Assembly (NCBI GenBank): GCA_965223415.1
Contig: OZ245002.1
Location: forward strand, 3,008,001-3,072,000
From: Myxococcota bacterium
GTDB taxonomy: Bacteria; Myxococcota_A; UBA9160; UBA6930
Length of the DNA stretch: 64,000 nucleotides
Direction: 5' to 3'
Shown: positions 1 to 10,386 of the stretch, piece after piece
Layout of the letters: each line of letters opens with the position of its first letter
How positions within the stretch are numbered: the first letter of the stretch is position 1
Position numbers and translations under genes: made by a program
Notes under the pieces: generated by a model
Databases searched by the model: none
The model's input: only the letters and a program-made list of their open reading frames with translations
What the model was told of the DNA's origin: nothing

Positions 1-1407
1 CACCTGGATCGTCTTCCCCAACCCCATGTCGTCGGCCAGGCAGCCCCCGAGCCGGAGGCGGCTCAGCGTCCAGAGCCACTCGACGCCGAGCTTCTGGTAG
101 GGCCGCAGCTCCGCTCGGAGCCCGGCGCCCTGCTCGATCGCCCTTCGGATCCGAGGCGAGCGAAGCTCCTCCAGGGTGGACTCGAGCCATCGACCCGCCA
201 CCACTTCGGACCAGTCGCGGCGAACGCCGTCGGTCCCGTGGGGTTCCTCTCTCTCGAGCTCCCCCCCGGCCAGCAGGCGCATCGCCTGCGCGAAGCTCAC
301 GCCTTCGGCTCCGGCTGCCGCCTGGACCTCGCGCCAGTGCTCCATGACCTCGCCCAGCCGATCGGCGTCGACCTCGACCCACTTGCCCTTGACCAGGACC
401 AGCCGCTCGCTCGACGCGAGCAACGCCCGAACGTCCCGTTTCGAGAGCCTCTCGCCGTCGAGCGTCAAGGACACGTCCAAGTCGAGCATCGCGTCGACGC
501 CGAGCCGAGAAGGGGACTTCCCACCGACGGAGACGGAGACCAGGGGCCGGCGACGACGGTCCGCGTTCCACCAGTCCGGCAGGCGGACCGCCACACCAGC
601 CTGCTCGAAACGCTCGACCTCGCTCAGGAAGGCGTGCGCCTCGTTCGGCGTCCACGCGAGAGGATGGTAGACGTCGCCGGAGTCCACGAGCTCCCGGATC
701 AGCTCGCTACGCTCCGCGGCGCGCTGGAGAGGAGCGAGCAGGGCCAGGAGCTGCCTTCTCCTGCCGGCGTACTCCTGCAACGCGTCGCCGAGCGGCACGT
801 ACTGGAGCTTGGCCTCCCGGGGAGTCTGGCGCGCGTATGTGGCGATGAACGCGAAGGGGCACTCCGGGTCGCCCTTGTTCTCGGCCAGGTGGAAGCACAC
901 GCGACCCACCACGTTCCAGACCGAGTCGTGCGCCTCGAGAAAGCCCTGGACCCCGGCTTTGCGTCGTCCGGCCTCGGCCTCGAGCGCCCTGCCCGCGTCG
1001 ACCCAGACCTCAGCCAGCAGGCCCTCGTCCACGAACTCTGCGCCCCGCATCGGCGGCACGGCGGCTGCAAGCTCGCACAGTTCCTCGACGTCGGCTTTGG
1101 GCACCATGAAGGAACCGGGATCCATCGGATCGAGGGCGCCGCACGCGGCCGCGACGAGCCGCTGTCCCAGATCCCGCCAGAAGCCGAGGGTGGGACCCAG
1201 TGCCGTACCGAGCTCCGCAGCGCCCAGATGAAGCACGCCGTGGCCCCGACCCTTGTCGAACGCCCGAACGATGCGCTCTTCGGCGGCCTCGGGAAGACCG
1301 CCTCCGCCCTCCGCCGGGACGCGACGAAGACGGACACGACCGGCGGGTGTGAGCATGCACTCGAGCTCGCGAGCTCCTTCGGAAGGAGATGTGCTCTCTC
1401 CGGTCAC
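1..1407 (-). CDS. SNF2/SWI2-family helicase, N-terminal part (runs off window)
   Basis: Minus frame absent from the ORF track reads ...[12 protein letters not shown]...[16 protein letters not shown] (SNF2 motif I). Start is GTG 1407 or ATG 1356. Confidence 0.9.
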   Translation of the reverse strand, partial: MTGESTSPSEGARELECMLTPAGRVRLRRVPAEGGGGLPEAAEERIVRAFDKGRGHGVLHLGAAELGTALGPTLGFWRDLGQRLVAAACGALDPMDPGSFMVPKADVEELCELAAAVPPMRGAEFVDEGLLAEVWVDAGRALEAEAGRRKAGVQGFLEAHDSVWNVVGRVCFHLAENKGDPECPFAFIATYARQTPREAKLQYVPLGDALQEYAGRRRQLLALLAPLQRAAERSELIRELVDSGDVYHPLAWTPNEAHAFLSEVERFEQAGVAVRLPDWWNADRRRRPLVSVSVGGKSPSRLGVDAMLDLDVSLTLDGERLSKRDVRALLASSERLVLVKGKWVEVDADRLGEVMEHWREVQAAAGAEGVSFAQAMRLLAGGELEREEPHGTDGVRRDWSEVVAGRWLESTLEELRSPRIRRAIEQGAGLRAELRPYQKLGVEWLWTLSRLRLGGCLADDMGLGKTIQV

Positions 1408-1412
1408 GGAAG

Positions 1413-3761
1413 TCAGTCCAGGCCGAGCTCCCGGCGGATGCTCGAGAAATCGAAGCAGGTCTCGCCGGCGCGGCGCCGCTCGCTGTTCTCCATGCTCTTC
1501 AGGAGCAGATCCACCGCCTCCCTGCCGTCTCGGGTTCGCGCCGCTTCCCGAGGCGTCTTCCCATCGAGGGCCGGAAGCGATTCGTCGGACCAGCCGGCGT
1601 AGTGGCGCTCCTTGAACTCGAGGGCGAGCGGGGCCGGCTGGGGCGAGACGGGTTCGGGCTCGGCCGCGCCCGCCAGTGCGACGTCGGACAGCGGATCCTC
1701 GTGGTCGCGAACGCGGTGGCGCAGGAGCCCGGTGCAGGCCTCCTCGATCCGCCCGCGCAGGGTGTCCGCGCGCTCGGGAGAGCTGGTCTCCACAAGCAGG
1801 AAGCGTTCGGCGAGCACGGCCCGGCCGACGGCCGTGTTGTCCCAGCTCTCGTGCCTGCGGTTGCCGGCGACGATGAAGACAAAGACATCCGACCCGGGCG
1901 CCGATTCGTCCACTTCCGCGCCGTCCATGGAGGCGAGACGTGCCGCCACCTCCGAACGCGCGCCCGCCTCGAAATCGAAGCGGTCGGTGGTCATCAGCAG
2001 GGGGTCGCCGTCCGTGTTGCGCACCTCCGGCGGAGTCGACGCTCTCAGGCCGACGTCGGCGAGGGCTTCCTCCCAACGCCGGATCAGATAGCGCCCGATC
2101 GCGTCGTCGCGCAGCCGCTCCACGGGGACGGCGCGCTTGCGGCGGAGACGCCCCCGAGCCCGGCGAACGACCTCTGCCGCCGGAACCGGCGGGAGGTGAT
2201 GGGGATGGAGGCCGTCGATGAGCGACAATCCGTCGTGGTCGACGATTCGCGCGAGAACGGCGTCGTGCAAGACGAGCGACCGCGATGCCGTCACTTCCTC
2301 GACGCAGCGCTCCTCGTCGGACAGGGCGTCCCGGAGCGTGATCGTCTTGCCGGGCTCGACGTCCGCCACTTCCCAGACGGAGAGCCAGGCAGCCGCCTGA
2401 GCGGCGTACCACTTGCGGTCCGCCTCCGGCATCGTCTCTCCGCGCTCTTCGAGAAGCCATTCCACGGCGGTCCGCCCGTCGATGCGGAACCCGAAGATCG
2501 CCCAGGGGAGTGCGAGCTGGAGCGCGGACGGCAGATCCTGGAAATCGCGCTCGAAGCGACGCCAGCCGTCGCCGAAGCGTTCTTCCGCGAAGTCGAAGAG
2601 CGCCTGGATCCGAGACGTCACCGCCTCCTGCCGGGCGCGAAAGACGGGACCGAGATCCGGAACGTCCTCGCGCTCGGACAGCGGAGGCAGGAGAAACGGG
2701 AATTCCTCGAAGGGTACGGTGATTCGGACCTCCCGCCCCTGTGGATCGGAGTAGGTCTCCGTGACCGGCGCGACCCCGTCCAGATCGAACGCCTCCGGGT
2801 GGGCCTCGCAGAACATGGCGACGGCCCGGGCGCCGGCCGCCGCGATCTCGACATCGCGCTGATCGAGCGACCGGGGCGTACCGTCGCGCTCACAGTGAAG
2901 GAGGAAGGGGTAGGCTTCGGCGCCTGCAACAGGCCACCGGTGGGCCTCGATCTCGCGCCGCATCTCCCTCGGAATCTCGGCGCCGGCCTCGAAGTTCAAC
3001 GCCAGCCAGCCGGTTCCGAAGTCCAACGGCGCCGTCTCCGCCGCCCGCTCTTCGGCGACCCGCAGGAAGGCGTCGTAGGCCGAGAGCGAGGGGAAGTTGA
3101 TCAGGCCCAGGCTCTCGCCGAGATACCCGATCACGGACAAGCACGCGCCCTCGACCCCCAGCTCGGGAATGTCCATGCGCAAGGTCTGGTCGTCGGTGAG
3201 GGTCTGCCACGGGGCGATTCGATAGAGCTCGGCGGCGGCGGCGAACAGCTCGGCTATGGACTCGGGCGGGAGGCCGTCCTCCAGGTAGCTCGGCGGCAGC
3301 GTCTCGGTCGAGAAGAACGCCTCCAGCATCTGCCGGAAGACCTCATCGAGCTCCGGGGTCGGGGCGACCTCGACCGCAATGGCGTCGCCGAGCGTTGCGC
3401 GGAGCTCCCCGACGAAGAAGGGGTCGGCGATCCGGACGCGGTCGGGCGCGCGAACGGCGCCGGGGAGGGGCCTCTCGAGGGCGCCCATCAACGTCTCGGC
3501 GAGTGCGGTCTCCGCCCGATAGGACGCCACCACGTCCTGGCCGACGATCAGACCACTGCGCTGGTCCATCCAGAGCACGAAGGCGGGGTGCCGCAGATCC
3601 TCGTCGTCGTTGACCTCGATCGGCGGCGAGAACACGCCGCCCACCCACAAGCGCCGCTTCGTGCGCCGCCCGGCCGCGCGTTCCTTCCGCTTTTCTGCTT
3701 GTCGTCTCAGACGCCGCATGGACATGGTCGACTCCGTAGATCTCTGGGGAAGGTACTGCAC
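1413..3761 (-). CDS. Large hypothetical protein with C-terminal [12 protein letters not shown] (DUF2384/MbcA-like) tail
   Basis: 782-aa ORF with typical codon bias, ending 5 bp before the helicase start. Start may be ATG 3725. Confidence 0.75.
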   Translation of the reverse strand: MQYLPQRSTESTMSMRRLRRQAEKRKERAAGRRTKRRLWVGGVFSPPIEVNDDEDLRHPAFVLWMDQRSGLIVGQDVVASYRAETALAETLMGALERPLPGAVRAPDRVRIADPFFVGELRATLGDAIAVEVAPTPELDEVFRQMLEAFFSTETLPPSYLEDGLPPESIAELFAAAAELYRIAPWQTLTDDQTLRMDIPELGVEGACLSVIGYLGESLGLINFPSLSAYDAFLRVAEERAAETAPLDFGTGWLALNFEAGAEIPREMRREIEAHRWPVAGAEAYPFLLHCERDGTPRSLDQRDVEIAAAGARAVAMFCEAHPEAFDLDGVAPVTETYSDPQGREVRITVPFEEFPFLLPPLSEREDVPDLGPVFRARQEAVTSRIQALFDFAEERFGDGWRRFERDFQDLPSALQLALPWAIFGFRIDGRTAVEWLLEERGETMPEADRKWYAAQAAAWLSVWEVADVEPGKTITLRDALSDEERCVEEVTASRSLVLHDAVLARIVDHDGLSLIDGLHPHHLPPVPAAEVVRRARGRLRRKRAVPVERLRDDAIGRYLIRRWEEALADVGLRASTPPEVRNTDGDPLLMTTDRFDFEAGARSEVAARLASMDGAEVDESAPGSDVFVFIVAGNRRHESWDNTAVGRAVLAERFLLVETSSPERADTLRGRIEEACTGLLRHRVRDHEDPLSDVALAGAAEPEPVSPQPAPLALEFKERHYAGWSDESLPALDGKTPREAARTRDGREAVDLLLKSMENSERRRAGETCFDFSSIRRELGLD

Positions 3762-3817
3762 CCGTCGGGCGGGACGACCGCTGGCGACCCGACGGTGGGA
3801 TCGGGCATCTTCGGAGC

Positions 3818-4588
3818 ATGCCTACTGACCACCCCGCCGCCAGTGCGGCAGCCCTCGACGAAGTTCGGTCTTGGATCGACGCCGCCGAGCGCATCGTGGT
3901 GCTCACCGGTGCCGGCATCTCCACCGACTCGGGAATCCCCGACTTCCGCGGCCCCCAGGGCGTGTGGACGAAGGACCCCGAGGCGGAGAAGATGTCCGAC
4001 ATCCGCTACTACGTGGCGGACCCGGAGATCCGCCGCCGCTCGTGGCGGGCGAAGCTGGCCGGCGCCGAGCTGAAGCGGACACCGAACGCCGGCCACCGCG
4101 CCCTCACCGCTCTCGACCGGCGCGGCAAGCTCCACCTGCTCGTCACCCAGAACGTCGACGGCCTCCACCACGACGCCGGCAGCGACCCGGAGCGCATCGT
4201 CGAGATCCACGGGACCCTGCGCGAGTACGCCTGCCTCGATTGCGGCGACCGCGGCCCGATCGGCCTCGTCTTCGACCGCGTGCGCGGCGGCGAGGACGAC
4301 CCCGCTTGCAAGGAGTGCGGAGGCATCCTCAAGTCCGCCACCATCTCCTTCGGCCAGGGCCTCGTCGCCGAAGACCTGGAACGCGCCGACCACGCCGCCC
4401 GGAGCTGCGACCTGCTCCTGGCGGTGGGCTCGACCCTCAGCGTCCAGCCGATCGCGGGCGTCGTACCGCTCGCGCGGCAGTGCGGGGCGAGGATCGTGAT
4501 CGTGAACGGCGAGCCGACGGCGATGGACGAGCTGGCGGACGCCGTCGTGCGCGGGTCGATCAGCGAGGTGCTGGAGCGGATCCTGTAG
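3818..4588 (+). CDS. cobB: NAD-dependent protein deacylase (Sir2/CobB)
   Basis: GAGISTDSGIPDFRG, TQNVDGLH, EIHG, CxxC...CxxC, VGSTL motifs. Confidence 0.9.
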   Translation: MPTDHPAASAAALDEVRSWIDAAERIVVLTGAGISTDSGIPDFRGPQGVWTKDPEAEKMSDIRYYVADPEIRRRSWRAKLAGAELKRTPNAGHRALTALDRRGKLHLLVTQNVDGLHHDAGSDPERIVEIHGTLREYACLDCGDRGPIGLVFDRVRGGEDDPACKECGGILKSATISFGQGLVAEDLERADHAARSCDLLLAVGSTLSVQPIAGVVPLARQCGARIVIVNGEPTAMDELADAVVRGSISEVLERIL

Positions 4589-5039
4589 ACGCGCCCCCGG
4601 CCTTCGCCTTCAAGGCCGCCAGGATCTCCTGGTACACCTGGTTGTGCCCCTTCTCGCCGCCGAGCAGGAAGCCGATGTGCATGAGGAGGCTGTTCGAGCG
4701 CACGCTGCAGACGAAGGACACCTTCGTCTCCTCCGGACCCAGCGGCTCGAACTCCCAGCGACCCTGGCCGATGAGGTCGCCGCCGTCGTAGGTCTCCTCG
4801 ATGGCCCGGGGCGCATCGATCTTCCGGATCGTGCGGACGAAGCGCGACTTCACCGGCGAGCCCGCCGGCGAGAGCACGTGGTTCAGGCGCGCGCCCACGG
4901 CGACCTCGCCGCCACCCTCCACCTCGACCCGGTAGGGCGGGTACCACTCGTGCATCCGCGGGTAGTCGAGGATGATCGCGAAGAGCCGCTCGGCCGGCGC
5001 GGGGATCACGAGACTGTCGACGGTATCGAAGCTCGGCAT
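4560..5039 (-). CDS. SRPBCC/polyketide cyclase-family protein
   Basis: IPAPAERLFAIILDYPRMHEWYP START-like N-terminus. Confidence 0.8.
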   Translation of the reverse strand: MPSFDTVDSLVIPAPAERLFAIILDYPRMHEWYPPYRVEVEGGGEVAVGARLNHVLSPAGSPVKSRFVRTIRKIDAPRAIEETYDGGDLIGQGRWEFEPLGPEETKVSFVCSVRSNSLLMHIGFLLGGEKGHNQVYQEILAALKAKAGGASTGSAPAPR

Positions 5040-5089
5040 GGCGTCAGTGTAGCCTGCGAGCTGCCTCGGGTGCGCGGTAGGCTCGCGGC

Positions 5090-6238
5090 ATGAAGCCCGA
5101 TCGCCTGGCCATCGCCCGCGATCTCCTCCTGCTGACGCCCCGGCTCGCGCGCGCCTGCCTGCGTGTGCAGTGGCACCGGTGGTTCGACCGCCCGGCGGAC
5201 CGGCTGCGGAAGTTCACCGAGGTTCCCTGGCTCGCCGCGAAGATGGGCGTGGCTCAGGGGAGCATCGCCGGCGCCCGCATCGAGGAAGTCCACTCCGGAA
5301 CGGCCAGCCGCTCCCGGCTCCACCTCGACTACACGGGCGAGCCTGTCGGGCCCACGTCGTACTTCATCAAGTCCCGAGCCCCGGACTTCGGCTCGATGCT
5401 GTTCGGCGTCCTCTTCGACCTGGGCGCCAACGAGGTGAGCTTCTACCGCCACCTGCGCAGCGAGTCGCCGGTGAAGTCGCCGGAGGTACTGCACTGCGAA
5501 GGCGGCTCCGCGGACTACGTGATGCTCCTCGAGGACCTGACCGACCAGGGCTGCAGCTTCCAGGACCTCGCCTCGAAGTGCAGCGCGAACGAGGCCCACC
5601 TCGTCATCGCCACCCTGGCGCGCCTCCACGCCGCCTTCTGGGAGAGCCCGCGTTTCCACACCGACCTGGCCTGGGTGAACCGCCTCGAGACGAACCGGGA
5701 CCACCGTTTGCTCGAGCTCGTGCGCAACGTGGCCGTCCCGATCGCCTTCGAGAAGTACGGCGACGTTCTTCCCGAGGAGATCCGCGCTGTCGTACCGCAC
5801 CTGATGCGGAACTACCTCCGCCTGGAGGAGCAGTGGGCCCGGGGCCCGCGGACGCTTCTCCACGGTGACGCGCATCTCGGCAACATGTACTTCCAGGCGG
5901 GCGAGGCAGGGCTCCTGGACTGGCAGGTGTGCCAGCTCGGCCAGGGCATGCGCGACGTCACCTACTTCCTGATCAACTCGCTCGAGGAGGACATCCGGCT
6001 AGAGCACCAGGAGGCGCTCATCCGGCACTACCTGGCGATCCTGACCGAGCGGGGGGTCGGTCTCGACTTCGACACGGCGTGGCGGCAGTACCGGCTTCAG
6101 AGCGTTTACGCGTGGATCGCGGGGGTGGTGACGGCGCCTAGCAACTTCCAACCGGAGAGCGTGGTGGCGGCGGGGCTTCGGCGGGCGTGCGAGGCGATCC
6201 TGGATCTGGATGCGGTGGAGCTGATCCGAAGGCTTTAG
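5090..6238 (+). CDS. Phosphotransferase (APH/ecdysteroid-kinase-like)
   Basis: LLHGDAHLGN and LDWQ motifs. Confidence 0.85.
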   Translation: MKPDRLAIARDLLLLTPRLARACLRVQWHRWFDRPADRLRKFTEVPWLAAKMGVAQGSIAGARIEEVHSGTASRSRLHLDYTGEPVGPTSYFIKSRAPDFGSMLFGVLFDLGANEVSFYRHLRSESPVKSPEVLHCEGGSADYVMLLEDLTDQGCSFQDLASKCSANEAHLVIATLARLHAAFWESPRFHTDLAWVNRLETNRDHRLLELVRNVAVPIAFEKYGDVLPEEIRAVVPHLMRNYLRLEEQWARGPRTLLHGDAHLGNMYFQAGEAGLLDWQVCQLGQGMRDVTYFLINSLEEDIRLEHQEALIRHYLAILTERGVGLDFDTAWRQYRLQSVYAWIAGVVTAPSNFQPESVVAAGLRRACEAILDLDAVELIRRL

Positions 6239-6326
6239 GGCGCGTCGAAGCCTGGCGCAGCCCGTGAATCGCATCCCGACCCCCGACGGAGTACGCTCGG
6301 CACTCACTCGCCGAATCGAGGAAGTC

Positions 6327-7484
6327 ATGACCGACAACGACGCCGCGATGCGCAAGCACGCCGCGGGCACGCCGATGCCCGAGTTCCCGGAGCCCGCGTT
6401 CACCAAGCCGCCGGCCCTGCGCGACGCCAAGGTCGCCATCGTCACGAGCGCCGCACTCGTGCGGGAAGGCGGTGAGCCCTGGCAGTCCGAAGACTTCCAC
6501 TTCGAGGTGATCCCCGACGAGGCTCGAGACCTGAAGCTCGGCCATCTGAGCCCGAACTTCGACCGCTCCGGCTTCGCGAGCGACATCAACGTCGTGTACC
6601 CCGTCGACCGCCTGCACGAGCTGGCCGAACGGGGCGTGGTGGGAAGCGTCGCGAAGCATCACTACGCCTTCGCGGGCAACCAGCCCGATACGCTCTCGGA
6701 GCTGCGCCACGACACCGGCCCCCAGTGCGCGCGAAAGATGCTCGACGAGGGCGTCGACGTCGTACTGCTCACCCCCGTCTGACCCCTGTGCCCGCGTACC
6801 GTGTGTACGCTCGCCCACGTCTTCGAAGCTGCGGGTCTCGCGACCGTCGTCCTCTCCGCGATCCGACCCGTCGCCGAGAAGATGAAGCCGCCGCGCGCGC
6901 TTCACTGCGAGTTCCCCCTCGGCCGCCCCCTGGGCAAGCCCCGGGATGCCGAGTACCAGCATCGCGTGCTGGCCGACGCGTTCGCGCTGCTCGAGCGCCC
7001 GACCGGCCCGGTGTTGGAGGACTTCCCGGAGACGATCGAAAGCGCGGACGAGGCACCGCTCGCCTGCGCCTTGCCGCCGCGCCACGACGCCGACCTGCCC
7101 CCCGCCGTGGACGAGGCCAGGGGCCTGCGACCGGCCTACGACCGCGCCCTCGCAGCGAGCGGCCGCACCTCCGTCGGGCGCGTCATCGGGCCCGACGCCA
7201 TCCCGGACGCGATCGGCGCCTTCGTGCGGATCGCCGAGGGAACCCCGTGGAAGGAAGCGGGCCTGCCCTCGCTACCGATGGCCGTCGTCCACGACATCCG
7301 CGCCTACTACGAAGAGCTCGCCCTCGAGCTGGCCGACGGCGCGCCCGCAGCCTGGGCCGCGGAGCGCTGGTTCTACGACGAGACCAAGGCGGGCCGGGCC
7401 ATCCTCGAGGCGCGGCGGGCGATGAGGGATGCGGAGGCACCCTTCCCGATGTGGTTCTACATGGCGCCTGGGGCGCGCAGCTGA
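6327..7484 (+). CDS. Selenoprotein of the glycine/sarcosine/betaine/proline reductase B family (PrdB-like), UGA 6780-6782 read as Sec
   Basis: Track ORFs 6264..6782 and 6801..7484 share one frame and join as VLLTPV-U-PLCPRTV (UxxC). N-half has KVAIVTSAAL and DINVVYPVDRLHELAERG. GAGGAAG RBS precedes ATG 6327. Confidence 0.85.
6783..6812 (+). promoter_or_regulatory. Candidate bacterial SECIS hairpin
   Basis: GCGTAC (6794-6799) pairs with GTACGC (6805-6810). The loop CGUGU starts 17 nt after the UGA and has G in its first two positions. Confidence 0.65.
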
Positions 7485-7684
7485 CGCTCGGCGCGAACGC
7501 TCCCCGGGGAGTTCCGGCCTAGCAGGACCGTAGGCGGCTCACCCGTCGCGATGTGGACCTCCGGACCCGGCGCCAGACGCCGCAGAGCGCGGGGAGCTCG
7601 GGCCCCAGCCCGCAGCTGGGGCCGCCGCCACTACCCTGGGACCCGTAGGCGCCCGTGTCGCATGCGGGGCCGGAGGGCCGTTCC

Positions 7685-8890
7685 TCACGGTCGGACCAGG
7701 GACAGCCTTCTCTTCGCGGCCGGATGCGCGGGTTCAACGCGGTTCCGTCCGCGCATCTTGGCGGCGTAGAGGGCGCGGTCCGCCCGCTCCAGCAAGGCGG
7801 CGGGGGTGTGGCTCGGCCCGGGGACGAAGGCGGCGGCGCCGAGGCTGAGCGTCACGACGCCGTGGTCCGACGTCTCGTGGGCGAGCGCCCGGGACTCGAC
7901 CGCCTGGCGAATCCGCTCGGCCACGGCGAGGCCTCCCTCCACGTCGATCTCCGGGAGGAGGAGAGCGAACTCCTCGCCTCCGTAGCGGGCGGCCAGGTCG
8001 GAGGCGCGGAGGAGCGACGACTGGATGGTCCCCGCGACGTCGCGAAGACAGGTGTCCCCGGCCGGGTGCCCGTAGCGATCGTTGTACTGCTTGAATTGGT
8101 CGATATCGCACAGGATCACGCACAGCGGGCGCCCGGCTCGCATCGTGCGGCGCCACTCGCGAGAGAGGGAAGCGTCGAAGGTGCGGCGGTTCGCGAGGCT
8201 GGTCAGCGGATCCAGCCCGGCGAGCTGCTCGAGCTCCTCGTTGGCCTGCGCCAGCTGGTAGCGCAGGATCCCGTCCCGGATGCGCATCTGCTCGGCGAGG
8301 AAGGCCACCGCGACGACGAGGACCGATGCCGCGCACAGGAAGACGATCGGTGGCAGCATGACGAGGCCGGCCTCGTGGACCATCAGGTTGATGACGACGT
8401 ATCCGGTCGCGATCGTCGCCTCGATCCCGAGGACCGTCGAGGGCCTGAACGGAAGGAAGAGCGGGACGATCTGCATCAGCACGATGCCGGTCAGGTAGCT
8501 CGCCTCGAATCCGTCGGTCACCGCGCAGATCGCGGAGATCGCGAAGGAGCCGCAGCAGATTCCCGCGATCGAGATCGCGCGGATCGCGGGGGCGAAGCGG
8601 TCCACGAAGCAGAGCGGAAGGCTGACGAGGCACAGCATGAGCACTGGAACGCGGAGCCACAGGAAGGACGCAGCCAGATCGGGTGCGACGATCCGATCCA
8701 GCCCCCAGAAGCTGATGAAGATCAGCGGGCCCAGGCTGAGGAGCACGCGCGCCTGGATCAGGAACTTCACGTCCCGATCGCGCTCGATCTCGTGGACGAT
8801 GGCCGGATCGAGGCGCAGCGACAGGCGCGAATCGCCGACCCACGCGCCGGCGAAATGCGCGTCCGCCGGTCCTTCCTGGTTCGGGTTCAT
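7685..8890 (-). CDS. Membrane-bound diguanylate cyclase
   Basis: N-terminal TM helices; DPLTSLANRR, DIDQFKQYNDRYGHPAGD, RYGGEEF. Confidence 0.93.
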   Translation of the reverse strand: MNPNQEGPADAHFAGAWVGDSRLSLRLDPAIVHEIERDRDVKFLIQARVLLSLGPLIFISFWGLDRIVAPDLAASFLWLRVPVLMLCLVSLPLCFVDRFAPAIRAISIAGICCGSFAISAICAVTDGFEASYLTGIVLMQIVPLFLPFRPSTVLGIEATIATGYVVINLMVHEAGLVMLPPIVFLCAASVLVVAVAFLAEQMRIRDGILRYQLAQANEELEQLAGLDPLTSLANRRTFDASLSREWRRTMRAGRPLCVILCDIDQFKQYNDRYGHPAGDTCLRDVAGTIQSSLLRASDLAARYGGEEFALLLPEIDVEGGLAVAERIRQAVESRALAHETSDHGVVTLSLGAAAFVPGPSHTPAALLERADRALYAAKMRGRNRVEPAHPAAKRRLSLVRP

Positions 8891-9138
8891 GAGATGGCGC
8901 CCGCCTCCGCACGCGGCGGCGCCCGCCGCGACTGCTCCTCACCCTATCGGAAGGAGCAGCCGGGCGCGGGATCGGGGGAAACCCCGACCCGAAGGGCGAG
9001 GGCGCCGGCCACCGAGCACGGAGCGCCGTCGCGGCTCCGCACTGTGTGGGCAGTGAGCGGCCCAGAAGGCCTGTCTTCACCGGATCCAGGGGAACGCAGC
9101 CGCACGAAAGGGCTTCCCGCCCTCCGATCCGATCGCGC

Positions 9139-9164
9139 GGTGGGCCCTCCTGGATTCGAACCGG
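9139..9164 (-). other. tRNA 3'-end fragment (att site; Ile-like end GGGCCCACC)
   Basis: Minus strand reads CCGGTTCGAATCCAGGAGGGCCCACC (T-loop plus acceptor 3' strand). No 5' half is present. Confidence 0.65.
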
Positions 9165-9218
9165 GAGGGAAGGGGGAAAACAAGAAGGGTTCCAGTTAGT
9201 TACGCGGGCGGATCGGGC

Positions 9219-9239
9219 TTGGCGACAAGTTGGCGACAA
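9219..9239. repeat. Tandem TTGGCGACAA x2, integrase arm-type sites
   Basis: Exact 10-bp repeats at 9219 and 9230 (11-bp period), about 55 bp inside the tRNA fragment. Confidence 0.65.
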
Positions 9240-9290
9240 AGTCCTCAAGATCACTTTGTTGCCTGGGGCGCTGCAGCGAGGTCGGCGCGA

Positions 9291-9506
9291 TCACAGCTTC
9301 GCGTACTGGTACCGCCCCCTAATGTTGCTGTTGAGATACTGACCCTTCGAATCGGCCTGCATAAGCTCCTGGAACACCCATTCCTCGACACTGTAGTGGA
9401 CGTACGTCTCTCCCGATTTCAGGAAGCGGACGTGGAGTTCTTGGGAGTCCGGCTCATAGCCAATCGCCTCGATGTTCGATGAGTCGATGAAGTGCATCTC
9501 AGGCAT
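9291..9506 (-). CDS. KTSC domain protein
   Basis: SSNIEAIGYE...LHVRFLKSGETY.HYSV...LMQADSKGQYLNSNIRGRY. ATG overlaps the herA stop (ATGCCTGA). Confidence 0.9.
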   Translation of the reverse strand: MPEMHFIDSSNIEAIGYEPDSQELHVRFLKSGETYVHYSVEEWVFQELMQADSKGQYLNSNIRGRYQYAKL

Positions 9507-10386
9507 TGGGTCCCCCATCTTCATCGTCCGCGGGTGCGGAGGTCTCGGCAGACGTTGACTGCGTGCGCCAGTTTCCCAGTGCCTGTGAGTACAGGTCTGC
9601 ATCCGGACGATCCGGCGTGAGCCAGACATCCGGCAGTCTCGGATCATCCCCGACGGGCTTGTTCTTTGCTTTGCGTACCCGGACCCGCGAGGGGATTGGC
9701 ATTACCTCGCCTAGAAGGATCCCCTCGCCGGTCCGCAGGGCCGGCAACTGCTCAACAAGTCCACCCAAGTCATCCGGCACAGCGGAGGCCACTCTTGCAC
9801 GATCTGCCGAGTTCGTCAGACGCAACGCGATCATTGAACCGCACTGGCTCAATACTGCCGGGTCGATTTCTGACGGCCGCTGCGTCACAAGCATGAGGCC
9901 CACGCCGTACTTTCGACCCTCCTTCGCGATCATGGAAAGCGTCCGATGAGCGCTGGTATCCTCCCCTTCGGGAACGAAGCGATGGGCTTCATCAAGAACG
10001 ACGAACAGTGGCTGCTGTCGCCCACCGATCGGAAGATCCTGGGCCCAGAACAACATGTCATAGACGACCCGGAGCATCGTTCCCACAATCACCGGGAGCA
10101 CCTCGGAAGGAAGGCCGGATACATCGAAGACCGTGATCGGTCGATCGTGTCCAATCCAATCTCTTACCAGTGAATCCAGATCAGCTTGAACCCCTCCGGC
10201 CAGATCAGGCTCGTAGCCGCCGCCGGGCGCGAACAGAAACTCGAAACGGCCGTCTCTGAGTCTGCTGTGCATTAGCCCAAGCTGCCGCTCGATGTTGCGC
10301 TTTCGCTGATTCTTGTAGGGGGGCTGGTTATAGGGGCTAGCCGCCGGGTACCGATCGGGCTTGAGCTGGCTGGCGTTCCCCTTCTC
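9499..10386 (-). pseudogene. herA: HerA/FtsK-like ATPase, C-terminal part only (5' part lost at IS21 junction)
   Basis: VVLDEAHRF (Walker B), IAKEGRKYGVGLMLVTQRPSEI, IALRLTNSAD, LRTGEG. No Walker A is present. Confidence 0.88.

Noticed and set aside
3818..4588. Sir2 gene as the partner of the HerA fragment (Sir2-HerA defence)
   Set aside because: It is a canonical zinc-binding CobB deacylase on the opposite strand, 5 kb away and outside the att boundary.
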